A stretch of 64,000 nucleotides of DNA from contig LCGB01000003.1 in NCBI GenBank assembly GCA_000999465.1, forward strand, positions 4,252-68,251, read 5' to 3'. Shown one piece after another: positions 8,242-17,914 of this stretch (position 1 is its first letter; every line of letters starts with the position of its first letter). The notes beneath the pieces were generated by a model that had not been told where the DNA came from, did no database searches, and saw nothing but the letters and a program-made list of their open reading frames with translations. A program made the position numbers and the translations under genes. The DNA comes from Candidatus Nomurabacteria bacterium GW2011_GWB1_43_19. Its GTDB lineage: Bacteria > Patescibacteriota > Minisyncoccia > Phycocordibacterales > UBA9973.

Positions 8242-10542
8242 TTATTCAATTTTTTTAATTTTATGCGGATTATGCATTGGACAGCTTTTATTTGAGCAAC
8301 GTTCGGGAATTGTTTTTGTGCCTTCCATCATTAAACTGCCACATTTTTCGCATGTTCGGCCCGTCGGCTTGGCTTTGATTGCGAATTTACAGTCCGGATA
8401 GTTAGAGCAGGAATAAAAGATACCGAAACGTCCGCGCCGTTCGGAAATGTCGCCCTTCTTACATAAAGGGCAGGTGACACCAGTGCGTTTCCTCGCTTCC
8501 TCGGCCTCGTCTTTTTTTATGAATTTGCATTTCGGATAGCGCGAGCAAGCGATGAATGTGCCGGAGCCGTCACGCCTCTCTTTGATGACCAGCTTGCCGT
8601 GTTCCTTCTCCTTTTTTCCTCGCCTTGCCGAAGTCTCGGACGAAGGCAGGTCTCCGCACAAAGGGCACACCTCACCAGTTTCTTTGGGTCCCTCTAGTTC
8701 TTTTCCGTCCAGCATCAGCGCGCCGTCACAGTCGGGATATTTGGAGCAAGAGTAAAATTTTCCTCCGCGCGCAAGTTTGATTATCATCAAACTGCCGCAT
8801 TTTGGGCATTTGATGGTTTTTGGGGCGTCGCCCAGATTAGTCGCTTTTTCCAGTTTTTCTTTTGATTTAATGTCTTTGGAAAAAGGAATGTAAAAATCCT
8901 TCAGCGTTTTCTCGTATTCGCGTTCCCCGCGGGAAATTTCGTCAAGTTCGTCTTCCATTTCGGCGGTGAAAGTGTCGGAAATATAATTGGCAAAATGCTT
9001 TTCCAGAAAATCCGAGACCACTTCGCCGACATCAGTGGGAAATAATGTTTTGCTTTCTTTTTTTATATACCCGCGTTCTTCGATTGTCCGCATAATAGAC
9101 GCATAAGTGGAAGGCCGACCGATACCCCGCTGCTCAAGTTCTTTAATCAGTCCCGCTTCGCTGTATCTCTCCGGCGGTTCGGTAAATTTTTCCTCGCTGG
9201 AGAGACCAAGTAGTTTTAATTTTTCTCCCTCTTTACACAAAGGCAGTTCCACGTCATTCCCGCGGGCGCCTTGATCGACAGCCAGCCATCCCGGAAAAAG
9301 CAAGCGTGAGCCGTTGGCCCGGAAGTCCGGGATTTCCCCACATGTCAGACATGTGGGAACCACATGTCTGACATGTGGGAACTCAACACGGGCGGTAATT
9401 TTTGTCTTCAGCAGTTTCGCGTCGGCCATCTGCGAAGACACGGCGCGTTCCCAGATGAGGCGGTAGAGGTGGTCTTGATCGTCGTGGCTCGTGTGCAGTT
9501 TGTCTATATGGGTGGGCCGGATGGCTTCATGCGCTTCTTGGGCGTTTTTTGATTTTGTTTTGTAAATTCTTCCTTCGGCATATTCATTTCCGTATTCCTT
9601 TTTTACGAAAGACAAAATTTGGGCCCGCGCGGCGGCGGATAAATTGGTGCTGTCGGTTCTCATGTAAGTAATGTGTCCCGCCTCATAGAGTTTCTGAGCT
9701 ATCTGCATCGTGCGCGAAGGGGAGTAGCCCAGGCGCGAACTGGCGGTCTGCTGCAGAGTGGAAGTGGTGAAAGGCGCGCGCGGCGAATGTTTCTGTTCCG
9801 ATTCTTTGACTCCGCTTATCAGCCAGGCGCCGGATTTTCCCGCCTCCATTATTTTTTCTACCAGTTTTTCGTCCCGAGGTTCTTCCGAGCATTCTAGAGT
9901 AATTTTTTCTTCTCTTGCTGTTTCAAACAAGCCCAGAATTTTCCAGAATTTTTCCGGAATAAAAGCGCGGATTTCCCGCTCGCGTTCCATTATTATGCGG
10001 AGGGCAGGGGACTGGACTCGTCCGGCCGAGAGCCCGTACCTGACCTTTTTCCAGATAAGTCCCGAAAGGTCGTAGCCGACAAGGCGGTCAAGCACCCGGC
10101 GCGCCTCTTGCGCTTTGCGAAGAGCCGTATCAATTTTCCGCGGATGCTTTAACGCTTCTTCCACCGCTTCTTTGGTAACTTCATAAAAAGTCACCCGTTC
10201 TATCGGGGCCCTGATCTTTTTATCCTGCTTTAAGAGGGTTTCTATATGCCAAGCGATGGCTTCTCCTTCGCGGTCGGGATCGGTTGCCAGGATTATTTCA
10301 CCGGCTTTTTCGGCGAGCATTTGGAGTTCATGCACGATTTTTTCCTTGCCTCTCGAAATCTCATAATGTGGAATAAATCCGCCTTCTATGTCTATGGCTT
10401 TTTTGTTTGACTTCGGCAGGTCGCGGATGTGCCCGACGGATGCGCGCACGGTAAACTTGTCCGCTTTCAGGGCAGACCCGTCATTCAGATATTTTTCAAT
10501 AGTTTTCGCTTTCGACGGCGATTCCACAATCAATAACTTCAT
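8242..10542 (-). CDS. topA: DNA topoisomerase I, with three palindromic in-frame inserts
   Basis: IVESPSKAK, ATDPDREGE, SAGRVQS, ITYMRTD, C-terminal C4 zinc ribbons. Confidence 0.95.
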   Translation of the reverse strand: MKLLIVESPSKAKTIEKYLNDGSALKADKFTVRASVGHIRDLPKSNKKAIDIEGGFIPHYEISRGKEKIVHELQMLAEKAGEIILATDPDREGEAIAWHIETLLKQDKKIRAPIERVTFYEVTKEAVEEALKHPRKIDTALRKAQEARRVLDRLVGYDLSGLIWKKVRYGLSAGRVQSPALRIIMEREREIRAFIPEKFWKILGLFETAREEKITLECSEEPRDEKLVEKIMEAGKSGAWLISGVKESEQKHSPRAPFTTSTLQQTASSRLGYSPSRTMQIAQKLYEAGHITYMRTDSTNLSAAARAQILSFVKKEYGNEYAEGRIYKTKSKNAQEAHEAIRPTHIDKLHTSHDDQDHLYRLIWERAVSSQMADAKLLKTKITARVEFPHVRHVVPTCLTCGEIPDFRANGSRLLFPGWLAVDQGARGNDVELPLCKEGEKLKLLGLSSEEKFTEPPERYSEAGLIKELEQRGIGRPSTYASIMRTIEERGYIKKESKTLFPTDVGEVVSDFLEKHFANYISDTFTAEMEDELDEISRGEREYEKTLKDFYIPFSKDIKSKEKLEKATNLGDAPKTIKCPKCGSLMIIKLARGGKFYSCSKYPDCDGALMLDGKELEGPKETGEVCPLCGDLPSSETSARRGKKEKEHGKLVIKERRDGSGTFIACSRYPKCKFIKKDEAEEARKRTGVTCPLCKKGDISERRGRFGIFYSCSNYPDCKFAIKAKPTGRTCEKCGSLMMEGTKTIPERCSNKSCPMHNPHKIKKIE
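8618..8650 (-). repeat. In-frame element (CCTTCG..AAGGCTTCGG family) in topA
   Basis: Coding strand CCTGCCTTCGTCCGAGACTTCGGCAAGGCGAGG = LPSSETSARRG inside a zinc ribbon. Confidence 0.7.
9337..9379. repeat. In-frame double palindrome (ATGTC[AT]GACAT family) in topA
   Basis: CCCACATGTCAGACATGTGG-GAA-CCACATGTCTGACATGTGGG, perfect 20-bp arms; encodes PHVRHVVPTCLTCG. Confidence 0.9.
10458..10479. repeat. Short in-frame hairpin in topA
   Basis: Coding GTCTGCCCTGAAAGCGGAC = SALKAD; resembles the purQ TCCGCC..GGCGGA unit. Confidence 0.5.
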
Positions 10543-10631
10543 GATAGTGTGCTAAGTATTACATGAAATAGTTTTTTAATGCAAATCCATCCTGCCACAA
10601 CGCCTCGCACCGTCGTGCTCCGGCCTTGCGA

Positions 10632-11495
10632 TTAGGTATTTAATCTAATCTCACCCAATTCTTCCTTAATAAGTTCTTTTATTTCCATCACCGAAAGGAG
10701 CGCGTTTGCCGTAGGGACAGGCATTTTCATCGCGCGAATCAGATCGTCGCGGGGAACCGGTTCACGCAGTAAATTAACCACCGTTTTTTCCTCCGGTGAT
10801 AAATCTAAAAACAATTTCGCCTGTTTCTTTTCATCCTTTTCCATTTCAAAACCAAGCGCCTCCAGGACTTCTTCCGCCGAAGTTACCGGAGTGGCGCCCT
10901 GACGGAGCAGCTTGTTTGTGCCTTTTGAATTGGGGGAGAAAATGGGCCCGGGCACTGCTAAGACATCCCGATTGTATTCCGTGGCCAAGCGGGCGGTTAT
11001 CAGAGTGCCGGATTTCTCGGCCGCTTCTATAATAAGCGTTGCTTTGGAAATTCCCGCCATTAATCTGTTACGCATCGGAAAGCTCCACAGTGTTGCCTTA
11101 AAATCAGGAGCAAATTCGGAAATCAGACAACTTCCGCTTTCTATCAACTCTTCTGCCAGCCGGAGATTGGTTTTAGGGTACATCGCTTCTTTGCCGAGCC
11201 CCGAACCGGGAAAAATCAGAGTTTTTAGTCCGACCGAGAGGGCCTTCCTGTGAGCGATAGCGTCAATGCCCATCGCCAGACCGGAAACTATTACAATCGG
11301 ATAGCCTTTTAGTCCGGCAATAATTTTTTCACAGGCTTCACGCCCGTAAGAAGTGAATTTTCGCGAGCCGACAACACAAAGGTGTATCAAATTTTCGGAA
11401 GGAAGTTCCCCAATAATCCAGAGCTCCTTGGGGGGCTGGGGTATTTCTAAAAGCGCTTTCGGGAACTTTTCTCTCGGCAGTTTCTCAATTTGCAT
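10632..11495 (-). CDS. dprA: DNA processing protein DprA
   Basis: VVGSR, VSGLAMGIDAIAH, FPMRNR, SGTLITA; next to topA. Confidence 0.93.
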   Translation of the reverse strand: MQIEKLPREKFPKALLEIPQPPKELWIIGELPSENLIHLCVVGSRKFTSYGREACEKIIAGLKGYPIVIVSGLAMGIDAIAHRKALSVGLKTLIFPGSGLGKEAMYPKTNLRLAEELIESGSCLISEFAPDFKATLWSFPMRNRLMAGISKATLIIEAAEKSGTLITARLATEYNRDVLAVPGPIFSPNSKGTNKLLRQGATPVTSAEEVLEALGFEMEKDEKKQAKLFLDLSPEEKTVVNLLREPVPRDDLIRAMKMPVPTANALLSVMEIKELIKEELGEIRLNT

Positions 11496-11531
11496 TTTGT
11501 AATTATATTAATTTTATTATATAATCACAAT

Positions 11532-12797
11532 ATGCTGGACATTAAATTTATCCGTGAAAATAAGGATGTTGTGCAGTCGGGCGCCAAGAAGAAACACATT
11601 GATGTGGATATTGACGCGCTTATCGGGCTTGATGATGAGCGCTTGAAAATATTGAAGGAAGTGGAAGAATTGAGAAGCGAGGTAAATAGGGTATCGAACG
11701 ACATCGCTCGCGACCAAGACCCGGCGCTTAAAATCCAGTTGATTGAAGAAATGCGCGCGGTTAAAGAAGAGATTAAAGGTAAAGAAGAAAAGCTAAAGGC
11801 AATTATGGATGATTGGCGCAAGTTCATGCTGCAAGTTCCCAATGTGCCGGATATTTCCGTGCCCGAAGGCAATAGTGATGCTGATAATCAGGAAGTAAAA
11901 GTTTGGGGCGATAAACCAGCATTTAATTTTGAACCGAAAGATCATATTGAAATAATGACTGCGCTGAAAATGGCTGACTTTGAGAGAGGCACGAAGGTGC
12001 ACGGATTTCGGGGATATTTTTTAATCAACGACGGGGTCTTGTTGTCTTTTGCCATCTGGAATTACGCAATGGATTTTTTCAGAACCAAAGATTTTTCCCC
12101 GGTTATTCCACCCGTAATCGTCCGTAAAGATTCATTCGTGGGAACCGGATACCTTCCGCAAGGAGAAGAAGATTTATATAAAACACAGGGCGGGGAGTAT
12201 CTGGCCGGTACATCGGAAGTGCCGATTATGGCTATACATGCGGGAGAAATTTTGGACAAGAACTCTTTTCCATTTAAATATCTGGGGTTTTCTCCATGTT
12301 TTAGGCGGGAGGCCGGAAGTCACGGCAAGGACGTCAAAGGCCTTATTCGAGTAAATGAATTTTATAAAGTGGAACAGGTGGTTTTATGCGAAGCCAGCCA
12401 TGAAATTTCGGTAAAATTTCACGAGGAAATAAACAGAAACATGGAAGAATTTATAGAGTCGTTGAAGATTCCATACCATACCGTCATAAATTGCGGAGGC
12501 GATTTAGGATTAGGCCAAGTGAAAAAATATGACGTTGAACTTTGGGTACCGAAAGAAAATAAATATCGGGAAATAGGTTCAGCTTCGTATTTTCATGATT
12601 TTCAAACCAGGCGTTTCGGTATTCGCTATAAAGACGAGGAAGGAAAAATAAATTATGCGCATTCCATGAACGCCACAGCCATAGCCACACCCCGTATTCT
12701 TGTTTCTTTAATTGAGAATTGTCAGCAGGCGGACGGTTCCGTAAAAATTCCGGAAGTTTTGCGTCCATATATGGGCGGAAAGGAAGTAATCAAATAA
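11532..12797 (+). CDS. serS: Serine--tRNA ligase
   Basis: MLDIKFIREN start, GTSE, FRREAG, FYKVEQ, class II motif 3. Confidence 0.95.
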   Translation: MLDIKFIRENKDVVQSGAKKKHIDVDIDALIGLDDERLKILKEVEELRSEVNRVSNDIARDQDPALKIQLIEEMRAVKEEIKGKEEKLKAIMDDWRKFMLQVPNVPDISVPEGNSDADNQEVKVWGDKPAFNFEPKDHIEIMTALKMADFERGTKVHGFRGYFLINDGVLLSFAIWNYAMDFFRTKDFSPVIPPVIVRKDSFVGTGYLPQGEEDLYKTQGGEYLAGTSEVPIMAIHAGEILDKNSFPFKYLGFSPCFRREAGSHGKDVKGLIRVNEFYKVEQVVLCEASHEISVKFHEEINRNMEEFIESLKIPYHTVINCGGDLGLGQVKKYDVELWVPKENKYREIGSASYFHDFQTRRFGIRYKDEEGKINYAHSMNATAIATPRILVSLIENCQQADGSVKIPEVLRPYMGGKEVIK

Positions 12798-12801
12798 AAC
12801 T

Positions 12802-13656
12802 ATGAGAAAAAATGTTTTAAATTCCCCGCGCCTTTCGGAATTAAAAAAGCGCCGTCAAAGGGTTTTTTTTGCTAAGATTTTAATCTCCGGACTGGGATTA
12901 CTGGTGATCTTTTTTTTATTGGCATATCTTTCGCGCCTGGAAAGCCTCAATATCGGTGAAATAAAAGTTTCCGGAAACCAATTCTTGGAAACAGAGACGC
13001 TCCGGGTGGCGATAGAAACAGAATTGGCTGGAAAATACTTGTGGCTTTTTCCAAAAACCAATATATTGTATTACTCCAAGAATAGTATTAAAAAAGGGTT
13101 GCAGGACAGATTTAAAAGGATTGGCGACATGACTTTTTCGATTAATGATAATGAAACTCTTGAAATATCTCTGACGGAAAGAACACCAAAGTATATCTGG
13201 TGCGGCATAGAGCCCAAAGAGACACCGGGCAACAAATGTTATTTTATGGATAAAAATGGATATATTTTTGACGAAGCGCCGTATTTTTCCGGCGAAGTTT
13301 ATTTTAAATTTTATGGCCGGACGGATACAGGCGAACCCCTCGGGGCTTATTTTTTAAAACAAAATTTCCGGCAGCTGGTCTGGTTTAAGGATTTTATGAT
13401 TGAACTCGGAATGAAGCCCACCGTCATTTACGCTACGGGCGAAGGAGATATAGAGATTTTCCTTTCCCGGGGCGGGACGCCGGCCGCGGCCCCCAAAATA
13501 CTTCTTCAGGCGGATGCCGATTTCCAAAATGCGGCGGAAAACCTGGAAACGGCGCTCTCCATCGAACCCCTGCAGTCAAAATTTAAAAAAAATTATTCCT
13601 CCCTGCAATACATTGATCTGCGTTTTGAAAACCGAGTAATTTATAAATTTCAATGA
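12802..13656 (+). CDS. FtsQ/DivIB-like membrane protein
   Basis: Basic N-terminus, single TM, POTRA-like VSGN...ER, C-terminal YIDLRF. Confidence 0.7.
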   Translation: MRKNVLNSPRLSELKKRRQRVFFAKILISGLGLLVIFFLLAYLSRLESLNIGEIKVSGNQFLETETLRVAIETELAGKYLWLFPKTNILYYSKNSIKKGLQDRFKRIGDMTFSINDNETLEISLTERTPKYIWCGIEPKETPGNKCYFMDKNGYIFDEAPYFSGEVYFKFYGRTDTGEPLGAYFLKQNFRQLVWFKDFMIELGMKPTVIYATGEGDIEIFLSRGGTPAAAPKILLQADADFQNAAENLETALSIEPLQSKFKKNYSSLQYIDLRFENRVIYKFQ

Positions 13657-14858
13657 ATAATTTCGGATTTTGGGAGAAACTAAAAAAACCTATTTTTGCT
13701 TTGGCTCCGATGGCAAATATCACCGACTGCGCTTTCCGGCAAATAATCGCCAAATACGGAAAACCAAATGTATTTTATACAGAGTTCGTTTCAGCCGACG
13801 GCCTGGCGCACCCTGTGGCGCAGGAGAAACTTCTGGTAGATTTGAAATACGGGGAAAACGAGCATCCGATTGTGGCGCAAATTTTCGGCGGAAAATCGGA
13901 GAACATCAAAATTGCTTCCGCCTTGTGCAAGGAACTCGGCTTTGACGGTATAGACATCAATATGGGCTGTCCGGACAGGTCGGTGGAAAAACAATGCGCC
14001 GGGGCGGCGATGATGAAAAATCCGAAACTGGCGCGGGAGGTAATCCGCGCGGCGAAGGAAGGCGCGAGCGGATTGCCTATCTCGGTAAAAACTCGCATCG
14101 GTTACAACCCGCCTCCGCCCAAGGGCTTCGGACGGGCAGGTAAAAACGATTATTTATTGGATAAAGAATGGATAAAAACTTTACTTGAGGAGGACTTGGC
14201 GGCGCTTATCATCCATCTGCGCACCCGTAAGGAAATGTCGGATGCGCCCGCACACTGGGAACTGATGCCGCGGATAGTCGCAATCCGAAATGAAATGAGT
14301 AAGAAAACTTTAATTCTAGGCAACGGCGATGCCGTAGATACTGATGATGCCAGAAAAAAGTGCAAAAAATACGGCTGCGACGGGGTAATGCTCGGCCGAG
14401 CGATTTTCGGCAACCCGTGGCTATTTGCCAATTTGGCTCGTGTGAAACACGATTGCCAAATTGAGCATCCCGTTTCAGATTCGCTAGTAAAAAAATCACA
14501 AATTTTAAATAAATTTAAAAAAATATTTTCTCTCGCAACACAGAGCCGGAATAGTGCCGAGCGGAGCGAGTGTGTTGCTGTTAGTAAAAAAAGCGAATCT
14601 GGGGCTGGGATAAGTATTCAGAAAAAATTAAGCGTCATGGTAGAGCACACCAAACTTTTTGAGAAAATGTTTGTAAGCAACCCCCTTCGCCAAGGCTCCG
14701 GCAGGCCAAGCAAGAACTTTGCCGTGATGAAAAAGCATTACAAGGCGTACGTCAACGGCTTCAATGGCGCCAAGGAGCTCCGTATCAAACTAATGGAAGC
14801 CGACAACGCCGAACAGGTGGAAAAAATAACTAATGATTTTTTAGCAAAAATAGAGTAG
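13653..14858 (+). CDS. dus: tRNA-dihydrouridine synthase, with three inserts
   Basis: LAPMANITD, DINMGCP, SVKTRIG, GNGD, GVMLGRAIFGNPW. Confidence 0.92.
   Translation: MNNFGFWEKLKKPIFALAPMANITDCAFRQIIAKYGKPNVFYTEFVSADGLAHPVAQEKLLVDLKYGENEHPIVAQIFGGKSENIKIASALCKELGFDGIDINMGCPDRSVEKQCAGAAMMKNPKLAREVIRAAKEGASGLPISVKTRIGYNPPPPKGFGRAGKNDYLLDKEWIKTLLEEDLAALIIHLRTRKEMSDAPAHWELMPRIVAIRNEMSKKTLILGNGDAVDTDDARKKCKKYGCDGVMLGRAIFGNPWLFANLARVKHDCQIEHPVSDSLVKKSQILNKFKKIFSLATQSRNSAERSECVAVSKKSESGAGISIQKKLSVMVEHTKLFEKMFVSNPLRQGSGRPSKNFAVMKKHYKAYVNGFNGAKELRIKLMEADNAEQVEKITNDFLAKIE
14107..14141 (+). repeat. In-frame element in dus
   Basis: ACCCGCCTCCGCCCAAGGGCTTCGGACGGGCAGGT = PPPPKGFGRAG; same family as the scpB and topA inserts. 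Confidence 0.75.
14467..14611 (+). other. Long structured in-frame insertion in dus
   Basis: Outer stem ATCCCGTTTCAGATTCGCT/AGCGAATCTGGGGCTGGGAT and inner GCAACACA/TGTGTTGC. Confidence 0.65.
14681..14710 (+). repeat. In-frame element in dus
   Basis: CCCCTTCGCCAAGGCTCCGGCAGGCCAAG = PLRQGSGRP. Confidence 0.7.
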
Positions 14859-14867
14859 AATAACCGC

Positions 14868-15905
14868 ATGCATGATTTAGCCCTATATAGAAAGTACCGG
14901 CCGAAAAACTTCAGGGAAGTCCTGGGACAGGATCACATCGTCAAGGTGCTGGAAAGTTCGGTGGACACCAATAAGGTCTCGCATGCCTATCTCTTCGTCG
15001 GTTCGCGCGGGACGGGTAAGACAACCGTCGCCCGTATTTTTGCCGCCGAAATCGGCGTATCTGCCAATGATATGTATGAAATTGACGCCGCTTCCAACCG
15101 CGGGATTGAGGATATTAAAGAATTGCGCGAGGGGGCGCGGGTCTTGCCCTTTGATTCAAAATTCAAGGTCTACATTATTGACGAGGTGCATATGCTCTCC
15201 AAGGATGCCTGGGGCGCATTATTGAGGATACTGGAAGAACCTCCGAAGCATGTGATTTTCATTTTGGCGACGACCGAATTCCATAAAGTGCCGGAAACCA
15301 TCATTTCCCGTTGCCAGGTTTTTACTTTCAAGAAGCCAACCGAAGCGGTTTTGCGCAATCTTCTCGGGAGCGTGGCGGAGAAGGAAGAGTTTGAACTGGA
15401 CGCCGGCTCAGCCGAACTCCTGGCGATTTTAGCCGACGGTTCCTTCCGCGACGCGCTGGGAGAACTGCAAAAAATCCTGAATTTCAGCAAAAATAAGAAA
15501 ATAAAAAGAGAGGATGTGGAAAAACTGACCGGCGCGCCGAAAGCGACCCTAGTCAACGATTACATCTCTGCCATCGCCGAGAACGACCTGGAGAAGGGGA
15601 TTAGCGCCGTCCGGGCGGCGGCGGAAACCAATCTGGATATGAAATTGTATTTCAAACTTATAATCCAGAAATTCCGTGCGGCCATCATCTTGCGCTACGC
15701 ACCGAAACTGAAAAATAAAATGACCGGGGACTTAGGCGAAGCCGATTTAAAGTTTTTGGAGGGTCTGGTTAAAGAAGATAAAGACGGCATGCTCCGCTCG
15801 CAGGCGCTGGCGACTCTCCTGGGGTCCTATCAGGACATGGACAACGCCTTTATCGCGGAACTACCGCTAGAACTTGCGCTAGTCCGTATAATAAGTAAGG
15901 AGTAA
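14868..15905 (+). CDS. dnaX: DNA polymerase III gamma/tau (short, gamma-like)
   Basis: ALYRKYRP, GSRGTGKTT, EIDAASN, IIDEVHML, SRC. Confidence 0.93.
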   Translation: MHDLALYRKYRPKNFREVLGQDHIVKVLESSVDTNKVSHAYLFVGSRGTGKTTVARIFAAEIGVSANDMYEIDAASNRGIEDIKELREGARVLPFDSKFKVYIIDEVHMLSKDAWGALLRILEEPPKHVIFILATTEFHKVPETIISRCQVFTFKKPTEAVLRNLLGSVAEKEEFELDAGSAELLAILADGSFRDALGELQKILNFSKNKKIKREDVEKLTGAPKATLVNDYISAIAENDLEKGISAVRAAAETNLDMKLYFKLIIQKFRAAIILRYAPKLKNKMTGDLGEADLKFLEGLVKEDKDGMLRSQALATLLGSYQDMDNAFIAELPLELALVRIISKE

Positions 15906-15919
15906 AATACTTAATTAAA

Positions 15920-16267
15920 TTATTCTTTGACTTCTTTAAAAGGATAGACACATGCGTGCATATGCCAGTGTTTAGGGTAAGTGCCCAGTGTTACAAAAAA
16001 ATCGTAATCTCTCTTCCACACCAAAGAATACTTTCTTAATAAAAATTCTTTGAAGGTTTTTCTCATCATTGCCAATAAATAGGGGCTTGGTTCTTTTATG
16101 TGATTATGAGCAGAAACCGAGAATCTCTTTTTTACCTTGAATTTTTTTCCTTTAATTTTAATAAAACAAATAGGGTTAAGAACAAAAAAACCGTACCTAT
16201 TTTCAAAAAGAAAAGTATTTCTGAGTAAATTCCTTCTTTCACATAAATCGCAATTTTTCTTCTTCAT
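15920..16267 (-). CDS. Hypothetical protein, HIT-like
   Basis: N-terminal CDLC and C-terminal HWHMH. Confidence 0.45.
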   Translation of the reverse strand: MKKKNCDLCERRNLLRNTFLFENRYGFFVLNPICFIKIKGKKFKVKKRFSVSAHNHIKEPSPYLLAMMRKTFKEFLLRKYSLVWKRDYDFFVTLGTYPKHWHMHACVYPFKEVKE

Positions 16268-16327
16268 AATAAAACTCCACTGTATTATTTCATGGGGCGG
16301 GGAATAAAACAATTCAACCCTTCAACT

Positions 16328-16367
16328 TAATAGTATAATAGATACGGCCGCTACCATTATACTATTA
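16328..16367. repeat. CGGCCG-centred palindrome with TATAAT on both arms
   Basis: TAATAGTATAAT-AGATACGGCCGCTACC-ATTATACTATTA. Confidence 0.7.
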
Positions 16368-16449
16368 CTAGCAAAATGCTGAATTATTCAAGAAAATATG
16401 TTAATCTGGAATTATCAAGTTTGAAAAGTAAATGATTTGTCCGTAAAGC

Positions 16450-16520
16450 TGGGAGATCGTCTAATGGTAGGACTCCTCCCTTTGAAGGAGGCTATTTTGG
16501 TTCGAATCCAAATCTCCCAG
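16450..16520 (+). tRNA. tRNA-Gln (TTG)
   Basis: TGGGAGA/TCTCCCA acceptor, CCTCC-CTTTGAA-GGAGG anticodon arm, GGTTCGAATCC. Confidence 0.93.
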
Positions 16521-16735
16521 CTTTGCGGATGAGTTGAAACTGTGAATCTTAGTTCGCCTGCCCGAAATGAATTTCATTAAACTTTTATTTTTAGTTCAAC
16601 TACAAAAGATTATTAAATTCCGAAGCGTTGAAGAAGGATAAGTTTGGGGTATAATATGGGTGCTCCGTAGTCTTGACGAAGGACACCAAGTCTTCCAGCC
16701 AGGTTTAAAAACTATATTTTTGATATAATTGCATC

Positions 16736-17194
16736 ATGGATAATTTTTTGTCCAAAATTTTAGAAGCGATTAAAAAGTTGGGAATAAAACCTATTATTTA
16801 TGGTTCATTTGGAGTAGTTAATTATCTCGGAAATTTTAAAAAATTTGAAGACATAGATATTTTAATTGATGATGAGTTTGTAAATAAAAGATGGGAAGAA
16901 TTTAAAAAACTTCTTGAGGGTAGTAATTTTAATTTAGTTGATGAAAATGAACATGAATTTGAGTTGGATAATAAAAAAGTAGGATTTGCTTCAAAAAATA
17001 TATTAATAAGAGATAAAATAATAAATGATTACTCAGAATTAATTCAATACAAAAATACCAATGCTTTGACTTTAAAGCCAGAAGATTTTCTAGTAGCATA
17101 TAAATTTAGTATAAAAGATGGTTATCGTATTAATACGAGGGAAAAGAAAGATAAAGATATCATAAATATGTTAGAAGCTTATCTTGTTCGTTAA
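16736..17194 (+). CDS. Nucleotidyltransferase-fold hypothetical protein
   Basis: IYGS...DIDILI pol-beta motif; very AT-rich. Confidence 0.6.
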   Translation: MDNFLSKILEAIKKLGIKPIIYGSFGVVNYLGNFKKFEDIDILIDDEFVNKRWEEFKKLLEGSNFNLVDENEHEFELDNKKVGFASKNILIRDKIINDYSELIQYKNTNALTLKPEDFLVAYKFSIKDGYRINTREKKDKDIINMLEAYLVR

Positions 17195-17249
17195 ATAAGT
17201 TCAAACTTCGCACCACACGCCCAACCAATGAATTTGATATAATCTAAAC

Positions 17250-17720
17250 ATGAAAGAGTCTAAGAAAAACTTCCATAACGCCGAAATATTATCAGTGATT
17301 TCTCGTGCAGTTGAATGGGCGGAGAAACAAGCGGATAGAATACTAAAAGAGGGAGAACCACTAAATCCATCAGAGGTTGAACTCGCTAGAATAGCCGGGG
17401 TCCGATGCCCAGAAAGAGTACGCATTCTTAAGGTCTCAAACATGCCGACACCCGAGGACCCTAAGTTTGCTGAAGCAGCTAAAGCAAATGGTTTCCTTTG
17501 GGAACAGATAAAAGGGTTAACGCTAGGATACGGAATTTATATTATGGAAGAGTATAAATCAGCCCGATTGGTATCTCACGAACTTCGTCATGTTTTTCAA
17601 TTTGAGCAGACAGGGTCACTCTCTATCTTTTTGCAAAAATACCTCCAACAACTTATATCATTTGGGTATGACAATGCACCCTTTGAAATAGATGCCCGGA
17701 AACACGAACAAGGTCACTAA
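17250..17720 (+). CDS. Zinc metallopeptidase-like protein (DUF4157-like)
   Basis: GLTLG...HELRHVFQ...PFEIDA. Confidence 0.6.
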   Translation: MKESKKNFHNAEILSVISRAVEWAEKQADRILKEGEPLNPSEVELARIAGVRCPERVRILKVSNMPTPEDPKFAEAAKANGFLWEQIKGLTLGYGIYIMEEYKSARLVSHELRHVFQFEQTGSLSIFLQKYLQQLISFGYDNAPFEIDARKHEQGH

Positions 17721-17743
17721 ACTATATTAATACGGTTATTAAA

Positions 17744-17777
17744 TGTTATAAATTCTGCGATAGCAGAAATTGTAACA
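17744..17777. repeat. 34-bp GCnATnGC-core palindrome
   Basis: TGTTATAAATTCT-GCGATAGC-AGAAATTGTAACA. Confidence 0.75.
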
Positions 17778-17914
17778 AAAAAATTATGTTAAGAGTGCAA
17801 TGAACCAAGCATATGCCCCCAATTACTTACGAAGATTTTACAAAGGAAAATATACGTATTCGTATACGTATATGAGTACGTATCTAAATATTTTTTGGTA
17901 TAATCAATTCCACA

